Origin: Chamaesiphon sp.
Lineage (GTDB): Bacteria; Cyanobacteriota; Cyanobacteriia; Cyanobacteriales; Chamaesiphonaceae
Direction of reading: 5' to 3'
Assembly: GCA_965246715.1 (NCBI GenBank)
Contig: CBDFFH010000021.1
Coordinates: 1 to 64,000, forward strand
DNA length: 64,000 bases
Position 1 is the first letter of the stretch; each line of letters opens with the position of its first letter. Positions 51,182 to 61,772 of this stretch are shown piece after piece. The notes beneath the pieces are model-generated. The model was not told where the DNA came from, did no database searches, and saw only the letters and a list, made by a program, of their open reading frames with translations. The translations under genes were made by a program, and so were the position numbers.

Positions 51182-52573
51182 ATGTTCGACCAATTAGCCG
51201 AAAGTTTAGAATCAGCCTGGGTAAAACTGCGCGGAAAAGACAAAATTAAGTCTTCCAACATTCAAGATGCCCTGAAGGAAGTCCGACGCGCGCTGCTTTC
51301 GGCTGATGTAAACGTCCAAGTGGTTACAAATTTCATCAAGGAGGTCGAAATTAAAGCACAAGGGGCAAATGTGCTGTCGGGAGTCCGCCCCGAACAACAA
51401 TTTATCAAAATTGTCTACGACGAATTGGCCAAAACGATGGGGGAAACCAATAGTCCCCTAGCTGAAGCAGCCGAAAAACCTACTGTAATCTTGATGGCAG
51501 GCTTACAAGGGGCGGGGAAAACAACCGCTACCGCCAAGCTCGCATTGCATCTACGGAAAGAAAATCGTACCACCCTGATGGTGGCAACTGACGTATATCG
51601 TCCAGCTGCGATCGATCAGCTCATCACGCTAGGCCAGCAAATCGACGTACCAGTCTTCGATATGGGTACCGATGCAAATCCCGTCGAAATCGCCCGTCAA
51701 GGTATCGCCAAGGCGCGGGAACTAGGTGTAGATGTAGTAATCGTCGATACTGCCGGACGCTTGCAGATCGACGATCGGATGATGACCGAATTAGCCGATG
51801 TCAAAGCAGCAATTGGGCCGCATGAAGTCCTGCTGGTAGTGGATTCGGCGATCGGGCAAGAAGCCGCGAATGTTACGATGACATTTAACGATCGGATCGG
51901 CATTACTGGGGCGATTCTCACGAAATTAGATGGTGATACGCGTGGTGGTGCCGCGCTCTCGGTGCGCGCGATTTCGGGTAAACCGATTAAATTCGTCGGT
52001 GTCGGTGAAAAAGTTGAGGCACTCCAACCATTTTATCCAGAACGGATGGCATCGCGGATTTTAGGCATGGGTGACGTACTCACTCTTGTGGAGAAAGCGC
52101 AAGAGGAAATCGACATCGCTGATGCCGCTAAATTAACCGAGAAAATCCTCGAAGCCAAATTTGACTTCAATGACTTCATCAAACAGATGCGGTTGTTAAA
52201 AAATATGGGTTCGCTCGGCGGTTTGCTGAAAATGATTCCAGGCATGGGGAAAATGTCCGATAGTCAGTTGAAGCAGGGTGAAGACAAACTCAAACAGGCT
52301 GAAGCGATGATTCAGTCGATGACAAAGGAAGAACGCGCAAATCCCGAATTGTTATCGAGTACACCCAGCCGCCGCCGCCGGATTGCTAAAGGGTGCGGTT
52401 TTCCAGAAAAAGATGTGAATAATCTGATTGCCGAATTTACGCGGATGCGGAGCATGATGCAACAGATGAGTATGGGCAATTTCCCTGGGATGGGTGGCGG
52501 CGGACGAGGTGGACAGCAGCAAGGTGCACCAGCGAAAGTTAAAAAGAAGAAGAAAGGTTTCGGCACTCTCTAA
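51182..52573 (+). CDS. ffh: Signal recognition particle protein
   Basis: GLQGAGKTT, DTAGR, TKLDGD.RGGAALS and a Met-rich M domain. Confidence 0.98.
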   Translation: MFDQLAESLESAWVKLRGKDKIKSSNIQDALKEVRRALLSADVNVQVVTNFIKEVEIKAQGANVLSGVRPEQQFIKIVYDELAKTMGETNSPLAEAAEKPTVILMAGLQGAGKTTATAKLALHLRKENRTTLMVATDVYRPAAIDQLITLGQQIDVPVFDMGTDANPVEIARQGIAKARELGVDVVIVDTAGRLQIDDRMMTELADVKAAIGPHEVLLVVDSAIGQEAANVTMTFNDRIGITGAILTKLDGDTRGGAALSVRAISGKPIKFVGVGEKVEALQPFYPERMASRILGMGDVLTLVEKAQEEIDIADAAKLTEKILEAKFDFNDFIKQMRLLKNMGSLGGLLKMIPGMGKMSDSQLKQGEDKLKQAEAMIQSMTKEERANPELLSSTPSRRRRIAKGCGFPEKDVNNLIAEFTRMRSMMQQMSMGNFPGMGGGGRGGQQQGAPAKVKKKKKGFGTL

Positions 52574-52894
52574 GTCAATTTTCTGCCGATATTTATTTAA
52601 CATCAGTCTCCAATGGGGCGCGCCGCAGGAAGGATGATAGAAACAGTTAGAGGGGGCTTAGTTCTAATCAGCGGCGAAAAAGCTGGAACCATCTCACCGA
52701 CTCTAGTTTAACATGAGTTCGGGTTAAGAAAAACAGAGCAAATTGTTTTCCAGGACGATTCCTGGCTTATTGGGTTGATTGCTTATTGCCCTCAACCTAC
52801 ACAGAATGTTAACAAAGCAGTTAACGGCAGAGTGATGTCGGGAGTGCTCGATCTGAGAAATATTCGGCGTTGCTGAATTTTTATCGTAGATCTA

Positions 52895-54925
52895 TCATCG
52901 CATTACTCTAGTAGCATTCCCGATCGCCAGTAAAGCCACCCCTACATCAGCAAATACCGCCTCCCACATCGTAGCAAAACCAAAGATCCCAAATACGATA
53001 ACTATCCCCTTAACTGCCAAAGCCAAGACAATATTCTGCCAGACAATTTGTCGAGTTTTATGACTTATTTGAATAACTTCAGCTAACTTTGCAGGTGAAT
53101 CATTCATGATTACTACATCAGCAGTTTCGATCGCGGCATCGCTACCCAGTCCCCCCATCGCCACGCCGACATCCGCACGGGCAATCATCGGTGCATCGTT
53201 AATCCCATCACCAACGACCATCACTCGATGTTTACCGCCAGCATGGGCGATAATCTCTTCTAATGCAGATAGTTTGTTTTCAGGGAGTAATTCGGCTTGA
53301 TAGTCATCCAAACCTAACTCCTGACTGATTTCGGCAGCAACAGCTTGACAATCTCCAGTCAACATCACTGTGCGGATAATGCCTAATTTCTTGAGGTTAG
53401 CAATTGCCACCAGTGCATCTGGCTTAAGTTCGTCGGCAATTTTGAGATAACCTGCATACTTACCATCGACAGCTACGTAGACGACTGTGCCGTTAACTTT
53501 GGGTATTTGGTGATTACTTCGTTCTTTAGCTAAAAATCGATCGTTCCCAGCAATAATAACTCGTCCGTCGATCTTGGCACGAACGCCATATCCAGCCAGT
53601 TCCTGATAATCTGCGACTATAGATCGATCGATTTTCTGTCCGTAAGCTTGTTGAATCGAAATCGCGATCGGATGTTGAGATTGTGATTCGACTTGGGCGG
53701 CTAATTCTAATAATTCCTCGCGGGAAAACCCATTAACAGGGAAAATATCGGTAACTTTAAATACTCCGTGAGTTAACGTCCCAGTCTTATCGAATACGAC
53801 TGTTTTAACCTGAGTGAGCGTATCAAGATAAGTGGAACCTTTAATTAAAATTCCGCGTTTAGCCGCACCACCAATTCCACCAAAGTATCCCAAGGGAATA
53901 CTAATTACCAGCCCACAGGGACAGGAAATTACCAATAAGATTAAAGCGCGATAAACCCAATCAAAGCGATCGGCTCCAGCAACAAAGAATGGCGGGATTA
54001 TCGCGATTGCGAGTGAGAGAAAAACAACAATCGGGGTATAGGTTCTAGCAAAAGTTGTAATAAATTTTTGCGTTGCGGCTTTCTTCTGACTGGCATTTTC
54101 GACTAGTTCTAAAATTCGCGAAATCGATGATTGTGCGAAGATCTTGCTGACTCTAACTGTTAACGCGCCAGCTTGATTGATGGTACCAGCTAAAACCATT
54201 TTTCCAGGTGAGATCGATCGCGGTATCGACTCTCCCGTCAAAGCTGATGTATCGATATAAGAATTGCCCTCGATTACTTCGCCATCTAGTGGGACTTTTT
54301 CCCCTGGCTTAATTAGGATTAGATCGCCAACATTAACTCGATCGGGAGCCACAGTTACAAGTTCGTTACCACTAATGAGATTAGCTCGATCGGGTCTGAT
54401 TTCTAGTAGCGATCGAATCGATCGCCGCGAATTATTAACAGCATAATCTTGACACAATTCACCAACACGGTAGAATAACATGACCCCTACTGCTTCAGGC
54501 AACTGATGGATCGCTAATGCACCGAGTGTCGCGATCGTCATCAAAAAAGTTTCATCAAAAAAGCTACCACGAATGATATTTCGTCCCGCACTCGTTAATA
54601 CTTGCCAACCACTGAGAAGATAAGCAGAAATAAAGATTGAATACTCGCCAATACCCTGGAAATTTTGCTGTAATGGTTGCTGCCAAATCATGCCAATAGC
54701 AAGCAATCCACTGACAATCCCAATTAATAATAATTCGCGCTGAAAATCGAACTCATCCTCTCCATGACTGTGCCCTTCATGGTCGTCATGACTGTGACTA
54801 TGTTGGTGTTGGTGCTCATCATGTCCATCGTGACCTTGTTGATGGTCATCATGACTACTATGCTGCCGATCGTCTTCACGGTCGTCGTCACAACTACAGC
54901 ATGAATTGCGATCTTTTGGCATCAC
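52895..54925 (-). CDS. ziaA: Zn/Cd-translocating P1B-2 ATPase with a Cys/His-rich N-terminus (ZiaA/ZntA)
   Basis: SCCSC plus a His-rich N-terminus, SCPCGLVISIP, DKTGT, K in TM5 and AVFADVG. Confidence 0.88.
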   Translation of the reverse strand: MMPKDRNSCCSCDDDREDDRQHSSHDDHQQGHDGHDEHQHQHSHSHDDHEGHSHGEDEFDFQRELLLIGIVSGLLAIGMIWQQPLQQNFQGIGEYSIFISAYLLSGWQVLTSAGRNIIRGSFFDETFLMTIATLGALAIHQLPEAVGVMLFYRVGELCQDYAVNNSRRSIRSLLEIRPDRANLISGNELVTVAPDRVNVGDLILIKPGEKVPLDGEVIEGNSYIDTSALTGESIPRSISPGKMVLAGTINQAGALTVRVSKIFAQSSISRILELVENASQKKAATQKFITTFARTYTPIVVFLSLAIAIIPPFFVAGADRFDWVYRALILLVISCPCGLVISIPLGYFGGIGGAAKRGILIKGSTYLDTLTQVKTVVFDKTGTLTHGVFKVTDIFPVNGFSREELLELAAQVESQSQHPIAISIQQAYGQKIDRSIVADYQELAGYGVRAKIDGRVIIAGNDRFLAKERSNHQIPKVNGTVVYVAVDGKYAGYLKIADELKPDALVAIANLKKLGIIRTVMLTGDCQAVAAEISQELGLDDYQAELLPENKLSALEEIIAHAGGKHRVMVVGDGINDAPMIARADVGVAMGGLGSDAAIETADVVIMNDSPAKLAEVIQISHKTRQIVWQNIVLALAVKGIVIVFGIFGFATMWEAVFADVGVALLAIGNATRVMR

Positions 54926-55039
54926 TTCGATATTATTAACTTCGACTACATTCTAACTCCAAACAATGATTTTCTGGTGCGACCTCAACCAAGCTGCAAT
55001 TTAAATTATTGGCTCGATCCGCTCCATTTTTAGATGTTA

Positions 55040-55054
55040 CGATAATCATTATCA
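55040..55054. promoter_or_regulatory. Fur-family (Zur-like) 7-1-7 box
   Basis: CGATAATCATTATCA, one mismatch from TGATAATnATTATCA, ~115 bp upstream of the Zn ATPase start. Confidence 0.65.
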
Positions 55055-55077
55055 AAACTCGATCGATATTGTCGGTT

Positions 55078-55743
55078 TTATACTAGTCCAGCAATTAAAT
55101 TAATACTCATCGCCACGATCGCGGTATTAAAGTAAAAAGCTAAAATTCCGTGGAGCGTACACAACTTTCTAAACTTGCGGGAATTGATATCCACATCTGC
55201 GACTTGAGCTGTCATCCCGAGTACGAAGGAAAAGTACATAAAATCCCAGTAGTCTGGATTGTCTTCAGTCGGAAATGCCAAGCTAGCAGGAGCATCTGGA
55301 TGTAAAATCAGTGCCACATAATAATCGTGGGCATAGTGGAGCGCAAACATCGTATGCACGAGCAGCCACGAGCAGACTACGGTTAATGTTGCCAAGCCAA
55401 CATGCAAAGTGAGTAATTGCGGCCCCAGATTCTCGGTATCTTTAAGCATATACACAATTGCAAGTAAACTCACACTACTACCGAGCGTGCCACCCAAGAG
55501 AATTCGCCACCGACTCTCATTATTCATCTCTGCTCGTCGGCGCATGATGTGATGATCTGCTTGATTCATCATCACCACTGCTAAACCCATAAACACGATC
55601 GCGCCAACATCCCAACAAATAATCCCCCGTAAGGGTAATCGCCAACCATGAGGTAATAATAGTGCGACTAGTAGTGCAATGCCGATCGCGATCCATAGTC
55701 GGTAGCGCGGATCGTAATGATATTGTCGTTTCAAGTAATTCAT
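55078..55743 (-). CDS. DUF1345 family membrane protein
   Basis: FALHYAH.YY, PDYWDF.YFSF..GMT.QV.DV and H..LAF.FNT.I.A..IN. Confidence 0.88.
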   Translation of the reverse strand: MNYLKRQYHYDPRYRLWIAIGIALLVALLLPHGWRLPLRGIICWDVGAIVFMGLAVVMMNQADHHIMRRRAEMNNESRWRILLGGTLGSSVSLLAIVYMLKDTENLGPQLLTLHVGLATLTVVCSWLLVHTMFALHYAHDYYVALILHPDAPASLAFPTEDNPDYWDFMYFSFVLGMTAQVADVDINSRKFRKLCTLHGILAFYFNTAIVAMSINLIAGLV

Positions 55744-55897
55744 ACCGAGTTAGAACTGAGGCGATCGCCGACAAGCCGATTTTGTTAACTTGGTTTGTCT
55801 GAGTTCGATTAGCATAACTAGTTTTCATCACTCTACAAACCCCATATTGGGAGATTTTTGGCGATTTCTAAAATGCTATTACGGTAAAATGTAGCAG

Positions 55898-56830
55898 TTA
55901 GATCCGGCGTGGTACCTCATATGTCATCAGATCGTAAGCCATGCGCGTCTTAGGGAAAATTGCCCTAGCCGACTGTAATAAATCCTCTAACTCGATCGCA
56001 TTTCCTGGCGCATAGCGGGGACTAAAGTGAGTGAGGATTAATTCTTTGACTCCCGCACCTAAAGCCACTTGTGCCGCCATTGTCGAAGTAGAATGCAGCC
56101 GATCGAAGGCCATCTCCGCATCTTCATGTGCAAAGGTAGATTCGTGAATCAACAGATCCGCATCTCGAGCTAACTCGACAGAGTTGTCGCAATAAACCGT
56201 ATCGGTACAATACACAAATTTCCGGCCGATTTCATCTTCACCACACAAATCCCGACCGTTAATCACTCGACCATCGGCTAATGTTACCGTCTCACCATTT
56301 TTTAACTTGCCGTAAATCGGCCCTGAAGGTATCCCTAATTCTTTGGCCTGCTCTAGATTAAATCTGCCAGTTCGATCGGCTTCAGCGACGCGATAGCCAT
56401 AGGCTGGAACCTTATGCTTGAGCGGAATACAAGTAACTGTAAAACCTTCTTCCTGATAAACTATTCCTGGCTCGATCGTATGTACCTTAATGGGATAATT
56501 AAAATGAGTATAGGAATATTTTTGACAAGCGCGGAGATATTCACTCAATCCGCTCGGGCCATAGATATCGATCCGATCGGGACTACCTGCCATCCCATAA
56601 GTAGCCAACAAACCCATCAAGCCAAAGATATGATCGCCGTGCAGGTGCGTGACAAAGATGCGGCGGATCTGACTGATTTTCACGTCACAGCGCAATAACT
56701 GATGCTGCGTGGCTTCACCGCAATCGAATAACCACACTTCCGCCCGTTGGGGGAGATTGAGTGCGATACTAGAAACATTGCGTGCCCTGGTGGGGACACC
56801 AGAAGAGGTACCAAGGAAGGTAATTTGCAC
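55898..56830 (-). CDS. rnz: Ribonuclease Z
   Basis: GTG start then QITFLGTSSGVPT..RN; THLHGDH, HESTF and THFSPRY. Confidence 0.95.
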   Translation of the reverse strand: MQITFLGTSSGVPTRARNVSSIALNLPQRAEVWLFDCGEATQHQLLRCDVKISQIRRIFVTHLHGDHIFGLMGLLATYGMAGSPDRIDIYGPSGLSEYLRACQKYSYTHFNYPIKVHTIEPGIVYQEEGFTVTCIPLKHKVPAYGYRVAEADRTGRFNLEQAKELGIPSGPIYGKLKNGETVTLADGRVINGRDLCGEDEIGRKFVYCTDTVYCDNSVELARDADLLIHESTFAHEDAEMAFDRLHSTSTMAAQVALGAGVKELILTHFSPRYAPGNAIELEDLLQSARAIFPKTRMAYDLMTYEVPRRI

Positions 56831-57036
56831 GGTGCTCGATCTTTGTGATGGGTGATACTCAATTATAAGGGATAGGGGATAGGGGATAGGGGATTGAGGC
56901 TGGGTGGACGGTGAACGATCGATCGGATTTGTAAAAGCAGGTTGATGCAAATAACTATCGATTCCTCCCGATAATTTCCCAACAACATCTGCCATCAGCA
57001 AAAATATTTTAAATAGATAACCGATCGTCAAGCGTC

Positions 57037-58392
57037 ATGAGCGAACATACAATTAGTCCGGCTGTAATTACTGGAATTATTCCCGACTCGATCGCGGCAG
57101 AAGTTGGATTTTCTCCTGGCGATCGCTTGGTAAAAATTAACGGTCAACGACCGCGCGATCTGATCGATTATCAATTTTTGTGTGCGGATGAAGTTCTAGA
57201 TTTAGAAGTCTTAGACGATCGCGGCAAGTCCCACCGGATGGAGATCGAGAAGGACTACGATGAGGATTTGGGCTTAGAATTTGAGTCGGCTTTATTCGAT
57301 GGCTTGATTCAGTGCAATAATAAATGTCCATTTTGCTTTATCGATCAGCAACCGCCCGGTAAACGCGAATCTTTATATCTAAAAGATGATGATTATCGGT
57401 TGAGTTTTTTATACGGTAGCTATCTGACTTTAACTAATTTAAGTACTAAAGAATGGGAGCGGATCGCTCAAATGCGGCTGTCGCCACTATATGTGTCCGT
57501 CCATGCCACCGAACCGGAAATTCGATCGCAATTACTCAAAAATAATCGCGCGGGACAAATCCTCGACCAGTTGCGCTGGTTCCAATCGCATCGCCTGGAA
57601 ATCCACGCCCAGGTGGTCTTGTGCCCTGGCATTAACGATGGTGAGCATCTCGATCGCACCTTACGGGATTTAGCAAGTTTCCATCACGGCGAAGTCCCCA
57701 CCGTCGCTTCCGTCGCTGTCGTCCCCGTCGGCTTGACGCGGTTTCGTCCCAATCTAACCGAGTTAACTCCAGTAACTCCGACAACTGCTGGAATGGTTAT
57801 CGATCGGGTTGAGGCGTTACAACACGAATTTCAGCAGCAACTCGGCTCGACCTTCGCATGGTTGGCCGACGAATGGTATTTGATTGCCGGTCGAGAATTA
57901 CCGCCGAGCGTATATTATGAAGATTATCCCCAATTGGGGAATGGGGTCGGATCGATTCGCCGCTTCCTAGATGAATTTTCTGAAGAAATCGAGGCATGGG
58001 AAGTTACCAAAATTACTCCGCCACACAAGTGTACTTGGGTCGTTGGGAATGCCGTCGAAAATGCGTTTCAACCTATTGTGCGCCGATTGAATGAGATTTC
58101 AGGTCTCACAGTCAACTTAGTGGCTATTGCCAGTCAGTACTGGGGACAGCAGATGACCGTTACTGGTCTACTAACCGGACAAGATTTAATCAAAGAGCTA
58201 CCAGGACGCGATTTAGGCGATCGCATCCTCATCCCCAGTGTAATGCTCAAACATGATGAAGCCAAATTTCTAGATGATGTGACGATCGAAGAGGTGTCCG
58301 CCACATTACAGATTCCGTTGATTCCTGTCAGTGGAATTCCGGACTTTTTGGATAAGTTAGGCGAAAATATGGGGATGCTAACTAGAGAATAA
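57037..58392 (+). CDS. PDZ plus radical-SAM-like protein (TIGR03279/DUF512)
   Basis: N-terminal PDZ; CNNKCPFCFIDQ; KDDDYRLSFLYGSY. Confidence 0.9.
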   Translation: MSEHTISPAVITGIIPDSIAAEVGFSPGDRLVKINGQRPRDLIDYQFLCADEVLDLEVLDDRGKSHRMEIEKDYDEDLGLEFESALFDGLIQCNNKCPFCFIDQQPPGKRESLYLKDDDYRLSFLYGSYLTLTNLSTKEWERIAQMRLSPLYVSVHATEPEIRSQLLKNNRAGQILDQLRWFQSHRLEIHAQVVLCPGINDGEHLDRTLRDLASFHHGEVPTVASVAVVPVGLTRFRPNLTELTPVTPTTAGMVIDRVEALQHEFQQQLGSTFAWLADEWYLIAGRELPPSVYYEDYPQLGNGVGSIRRFLDEFSEEIEAWEVTKITPPHKCTWVVGNAVENAFQPIVRRLNEISGLTVNLVAIASQYWGQQMTVTGLLTGQDLIKELPGRDLGDRILIPSVMLKHDEAKFLDDVTIEEVSATLQIPLIPVSGIPDFLDKLGENMGMLTRE

Positions 58393-58707
58393 TCGCAATC
58401 GTTTAAGAGTAGCATGGTGGTGTGGAGCGTGCGGAGCGATTCAGATTTTGAGAACCACAACTCAGGTGAGGAATGTTCGATCGAGCCATTGGCATCGAGA
58501 CTGCCGCCAACGGCTTAGATTCGGAACATGCACCTCTATCGATCCAGTCAAGTAGAACAATCATTAATATCTAAAAGTGTTACAAACCATCTCAATATGC
58601 TAACTCCAAGCGCATTAATTCACATAATAGATCAGCAGATCGCCAGTCTCCGTGGCCCTAAAACTGTTAAAGAGCGCATCCATACCAATCTAGAAAGTTA
58701 CACAGCC

Positions 58708-60330
58708 ATGAGATTTCAATCAATATGCACGATCGTCGCACTCGGCTTGACTGGAGTGGCCAACATTAAAGCAGCAGGGGCAACATCGATCGATTTGGCA
58801 GATAATTATCAAAGCTCGAACTTTTTTGTCGATCGGCAATTGAAGACACAGGGGATCGACCTGGGTGAGACTAAAAATCGCGGGTTGGGACTCATCAGTA
58901 GTAAGCCGACAGTCGCGCAAACTACACCAGCTAACCCAGCTCCACCAGCTAACTCTAACCCATCTACACCACCCGCATCATCTGCGCCAACGGTAACACC
59001 GACAACAACCGCACCAACTGCGACACCAGATCCTGGCAATAGCAGAGGTAAAATTCAAAATAATCTCAATCTGCCAAAAACGGGTACCGAAGTTCAGATT
59101 GTCACCAATCGCGCATTAACGCTACAAGAGGCTGTAAACATTGCTTTTCGGACTAATCGTGATGTCCAAGCCGCTCGCTTGACAGTCAATCGAAGTCAAG
59201 CAGCAGTGCGAGAAGCGCAAGCCGCTCAAGCAATCCAAGTAGGATTGACCGGAACCCTGGCAAATTCTGGTAATCCACTAATCGTCGGTACTTCTGCGCC
59301 AGGGATAAATACCAACTCTACAGATATCAATGCCAGACTTCAAGCCACATACAATCTGCTCAACGCTGGTCGAGACGTGAGTAATGTCCGTGCTGCCGAA
59401 TTCCAGGTAAATTTCGATCGATTGGATCTTCTGCGCGTCGAACAAGCGACTAGGACTAGCGTAGTAACTGCATACTACGATTTACAGGCGGCGGATTCAG
59501 CAGTCGTCATCAACCAAGCTGCTGTCAGAGATGCTACGCGCAGTTTGAGCGATGCTCAACTTCAAGAACGCGCGGGTGTCGGTACCAGATTTGACATCCT
59601 CCGCACTCAAGTACAACTTGCCACTGCCAACCAAGACCTGACCAATTCTCAAGGTCAACAACGCATCGCTCGCCGCAGAATCGCTCAGCTCCTCAGTGTC
59701 GATCAAAGTACTGAATTTACCGCTGCCGATCCCGTTCGAGAGTTAGGGACTTGGGGTTTGTCCCTCGAAGATAGTGTGGTCTTGGCATTTAAAAATCGAC
59801 CCGAAGCCAAGCAACAATTAGTCCGTCGCAATATCAGCGAACAACAACAGATTGTCGCTGCCTCTGGTGATGCGGCTCAGGTGAGTCTGTTTACGAACTA
59901 CAATATCGGCAAAAGTATCAGCACCTCAGCATCCGCCCAAGATAGTTATAGCCTGGGCGCACAATTGAGTTGGAACTTCTTCGATGGTGGGGCATCTGGC
60001 GCGCGCAGCACGCAGCAGCAGGTCAGCCAAGAAATCTTTGAGAATCAGTTTACATCAACTCGCAATCAAATTCGCTTTGAAGTCGAACAATCCTTCAACA
60101 ATCTCGGTACCAATCAACGAAATATCATTACTTCGAGTCAAGCGCTCAGGCAAGCTGAAGAAAGTCTCAAATTGGCGCGGTTGCGCTTTCAGGCTGGGGT
60201 CGGCACTCAAACCGACGTGATCCAAGCGCAAACCGATCTCGCTCGCGCTCGTGGCAACCGGATTACCGCGATCGTCAATTACAATCGATCGCTATCGAGT
60301 TTGCGCATTGCTACCATCACTGGAGATTAG
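58708..60330 (+). CDS. tolC: TolC family outer membrane efflux protein
   Basis: LTLQEAV..A, AYYDLQ, AGVGTRFD.L and ARLRFQAGVGTQTDVI.AQ; Pro/Thr linker; start uncertain. Confidence 0.88.
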   Translation: MRFQSICTIVALGLTGVANIKAAGATSIDLADNYQSSNFFVDRQLKTQGIDLGETKNRGLGLISSKPTVAQTTPANPAPPANSNPSTPPASSAPTVTPTTTAPTATPDPGNSRGKIQNNLNLPKTGTEVQIVTNRALTLQEAVNIAFRTNRDVQAARLTVNRSQAAVREAQAAQAIQVGLTGTLANSGNPLIVGTSAPGINTNSTDINARLQATYNLLNAGRDVSNVRAAEFQVNFDRLDLLRVEQATRTSVVTAYYDLQAADSAVVINQAAVRDATRSLSDAQLQERAGVGTRFDILRTQVQLATANQDLTNSQGQQRIARRRIAQLLSVDQSTEFTAADPVRELGTWGLSLEDSVVLAFKNRPEAKQQLVRRNISEQQQIVAASGDAAQVSLFTNYNIGKSISTSASAQDSYSLGAQLSWNFFDGGASGARSTQQQVSQEIFENQFTSTRNQIRFEVEQSFNNLGTNQRNIITSSQALRQAEESLKLARLRFQAGVGTQTDVIQAQTDLARARGNRITAIVNYNRSLSSLRIATITGD

Positions 60331-60471
60331 TCCGAACAGATCGAGCGAGTTGGCGTAGCTGCTTACACAAGCATTCTAAGCGAATTTGCATCGGCATGTT
60401 TACCAATGTGAATCGATCGCGATGAGTAGATTAGACCGTTAGGATTTAGGCAAGAGGTCTATTGGCATTGC

Positions 60472-61548
60472 CTAAATGTCCGCGATCGAAGAAAGCGCGG
60501 GGCTAGCTGTTCGCGTCGGAACTAGTGCTGAAGTATGACGGCTCACCGGACTGAGATAGGGGGACAATGCTAAGGGGTGTTGGGGATCTTGCAGTAAGGT
60601 GCGATCGCATCCCGCAAACAACTCTTGAGGGGTTTGAGCCTGACGCATCTGATGCAGAAATAACCCATCTGGATCGATGTGTTGCGCCACATAGTTTAAA
60701 AACATTTTCATATACCCTACCCGCGCCCGTTCTGGTACCGCAACGGGATTTTGCCATAGCTTATCGATATAAACTCTGACTTCGCCAAAGGTGGGAATCG
60801 AGATCGATTTTCCCAGCTGAGCTTGCCGAATTTGCCGAAAAATCCAGGGATTACCGATCGCCCACCGACCTACCATCACCCCAGCCGCCTTAGTTTGCCG
60901 TAAAACCTCGATCGCTTGAGTAGCAGACTGCACATTTCCATTAGCTAAAACGGGACAATTTGCTTCAGTTACAGCTTTACCAATTAGCTGATAATCTACC
61001 GCCCCACGATACATCTCCTTGACAGTGCGCCCATGTAAACTCACTAAGTCGATCTGATGACGATCGACCAGCTTTAGGATGTTGTCAAGGTCGCTATTAT
61101 GCTCGAAACCCAGCCGCATCTTGACAGTTAATGGTAAATCGACTGCTTGACGCAATGCGCCCAAAATTCGATCGACCCGATCTGGATCTCGCAGCAAACC
61201 ACCACCGACATTTTTGCGATAGACTCGAGGTGCTGGGCAACCTAAATTCAGGTCGATACCCGCAATATTGTAATTGCTCAACTCACGAGCGGTACTTACT
61301 AGCGCTGCAATATCTTCACCAATTAGCTGAGCAAAAACTGGGCGACCCGTATCGTTTTCAGTAATAGAAGACAGGATTTGTTTGTCTAGCCGCGAAGTTT
61401 CATGTACCCGAAAGAATTCTGTAAAAAAGTAGTCCGGCGCTCCATACTCAGCCACAACTTTCATGAACCACTGATTGGTAATATCCTGCATGGGGGCGAG
61501 GGCAGTCAGGGGGAGTTGGGGATTTTGAGCAGGCGGTAGGGGTGGCAT
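60472..61548 (-). CDS. dus: tRNA-dihydrouridine synthase family protein
   Basis: LAPM, IDLNLGCP, TVKMRLG, HGRT, ANGNV and GVMVGR.A..NPWIF. Confidence 0.92.
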   Translation of the reverse strand: MPPLPPAQNPQLPLTALAPMQDITNQWFMKVVAEYGAPDYFFTEFFRVHETSRLDKQILSSITENDTGRPVFAQLIGEDIAALVSTARELSNYNIAGIDLNLGCPAPRVYRKNVGGGLLRDPDRVDRILGALRQAVDLPLTVKMRLGFEHNSDLDNILKLVDRHQIDLVSLHGRTVKEMYRGAVDYQLIGKAVTEANCPVLANGNVQSATQAIEVLRQTKAAGVMVGRWAIGNPWIFRQIRQAQLGKSISIPTFGEVRVYIDKLWQNPVAVPERARVGYMKMFLNYVAQHIDPDGLFLHQMRQAQTPQELFAGCDRTLLQDPQHPLALSPYLSPVSRHTSALVPTRTASPALSSIADI

Positions 61549-61772
61549 GGAAATTAGGCACAGATGGATTTTGACTTCTATATCGGTGCGACTCTACAGT
61601 TTTCTTATAACTTTTCAGTACATCGCGAATCTTTAGTTTAACAAGATCGGCGATCTTAGTCGATCGATTGATTATTTAACTCCAGATCTAATTTATCAGC
61701 CAGATTTATTTCTAAAATGAGCATTATCGATCGCAAGTTGTAGAGCTTCATATATTGCGATCGATCGCAAAA

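Noticed and set aside
55898..57031. Long N-terminal extension of RNase Z in the ORF track
   Set aside because: The extension crosses an intergenic GGGGATA heptamer repeat; the family-typical start is the GTG at 56830.
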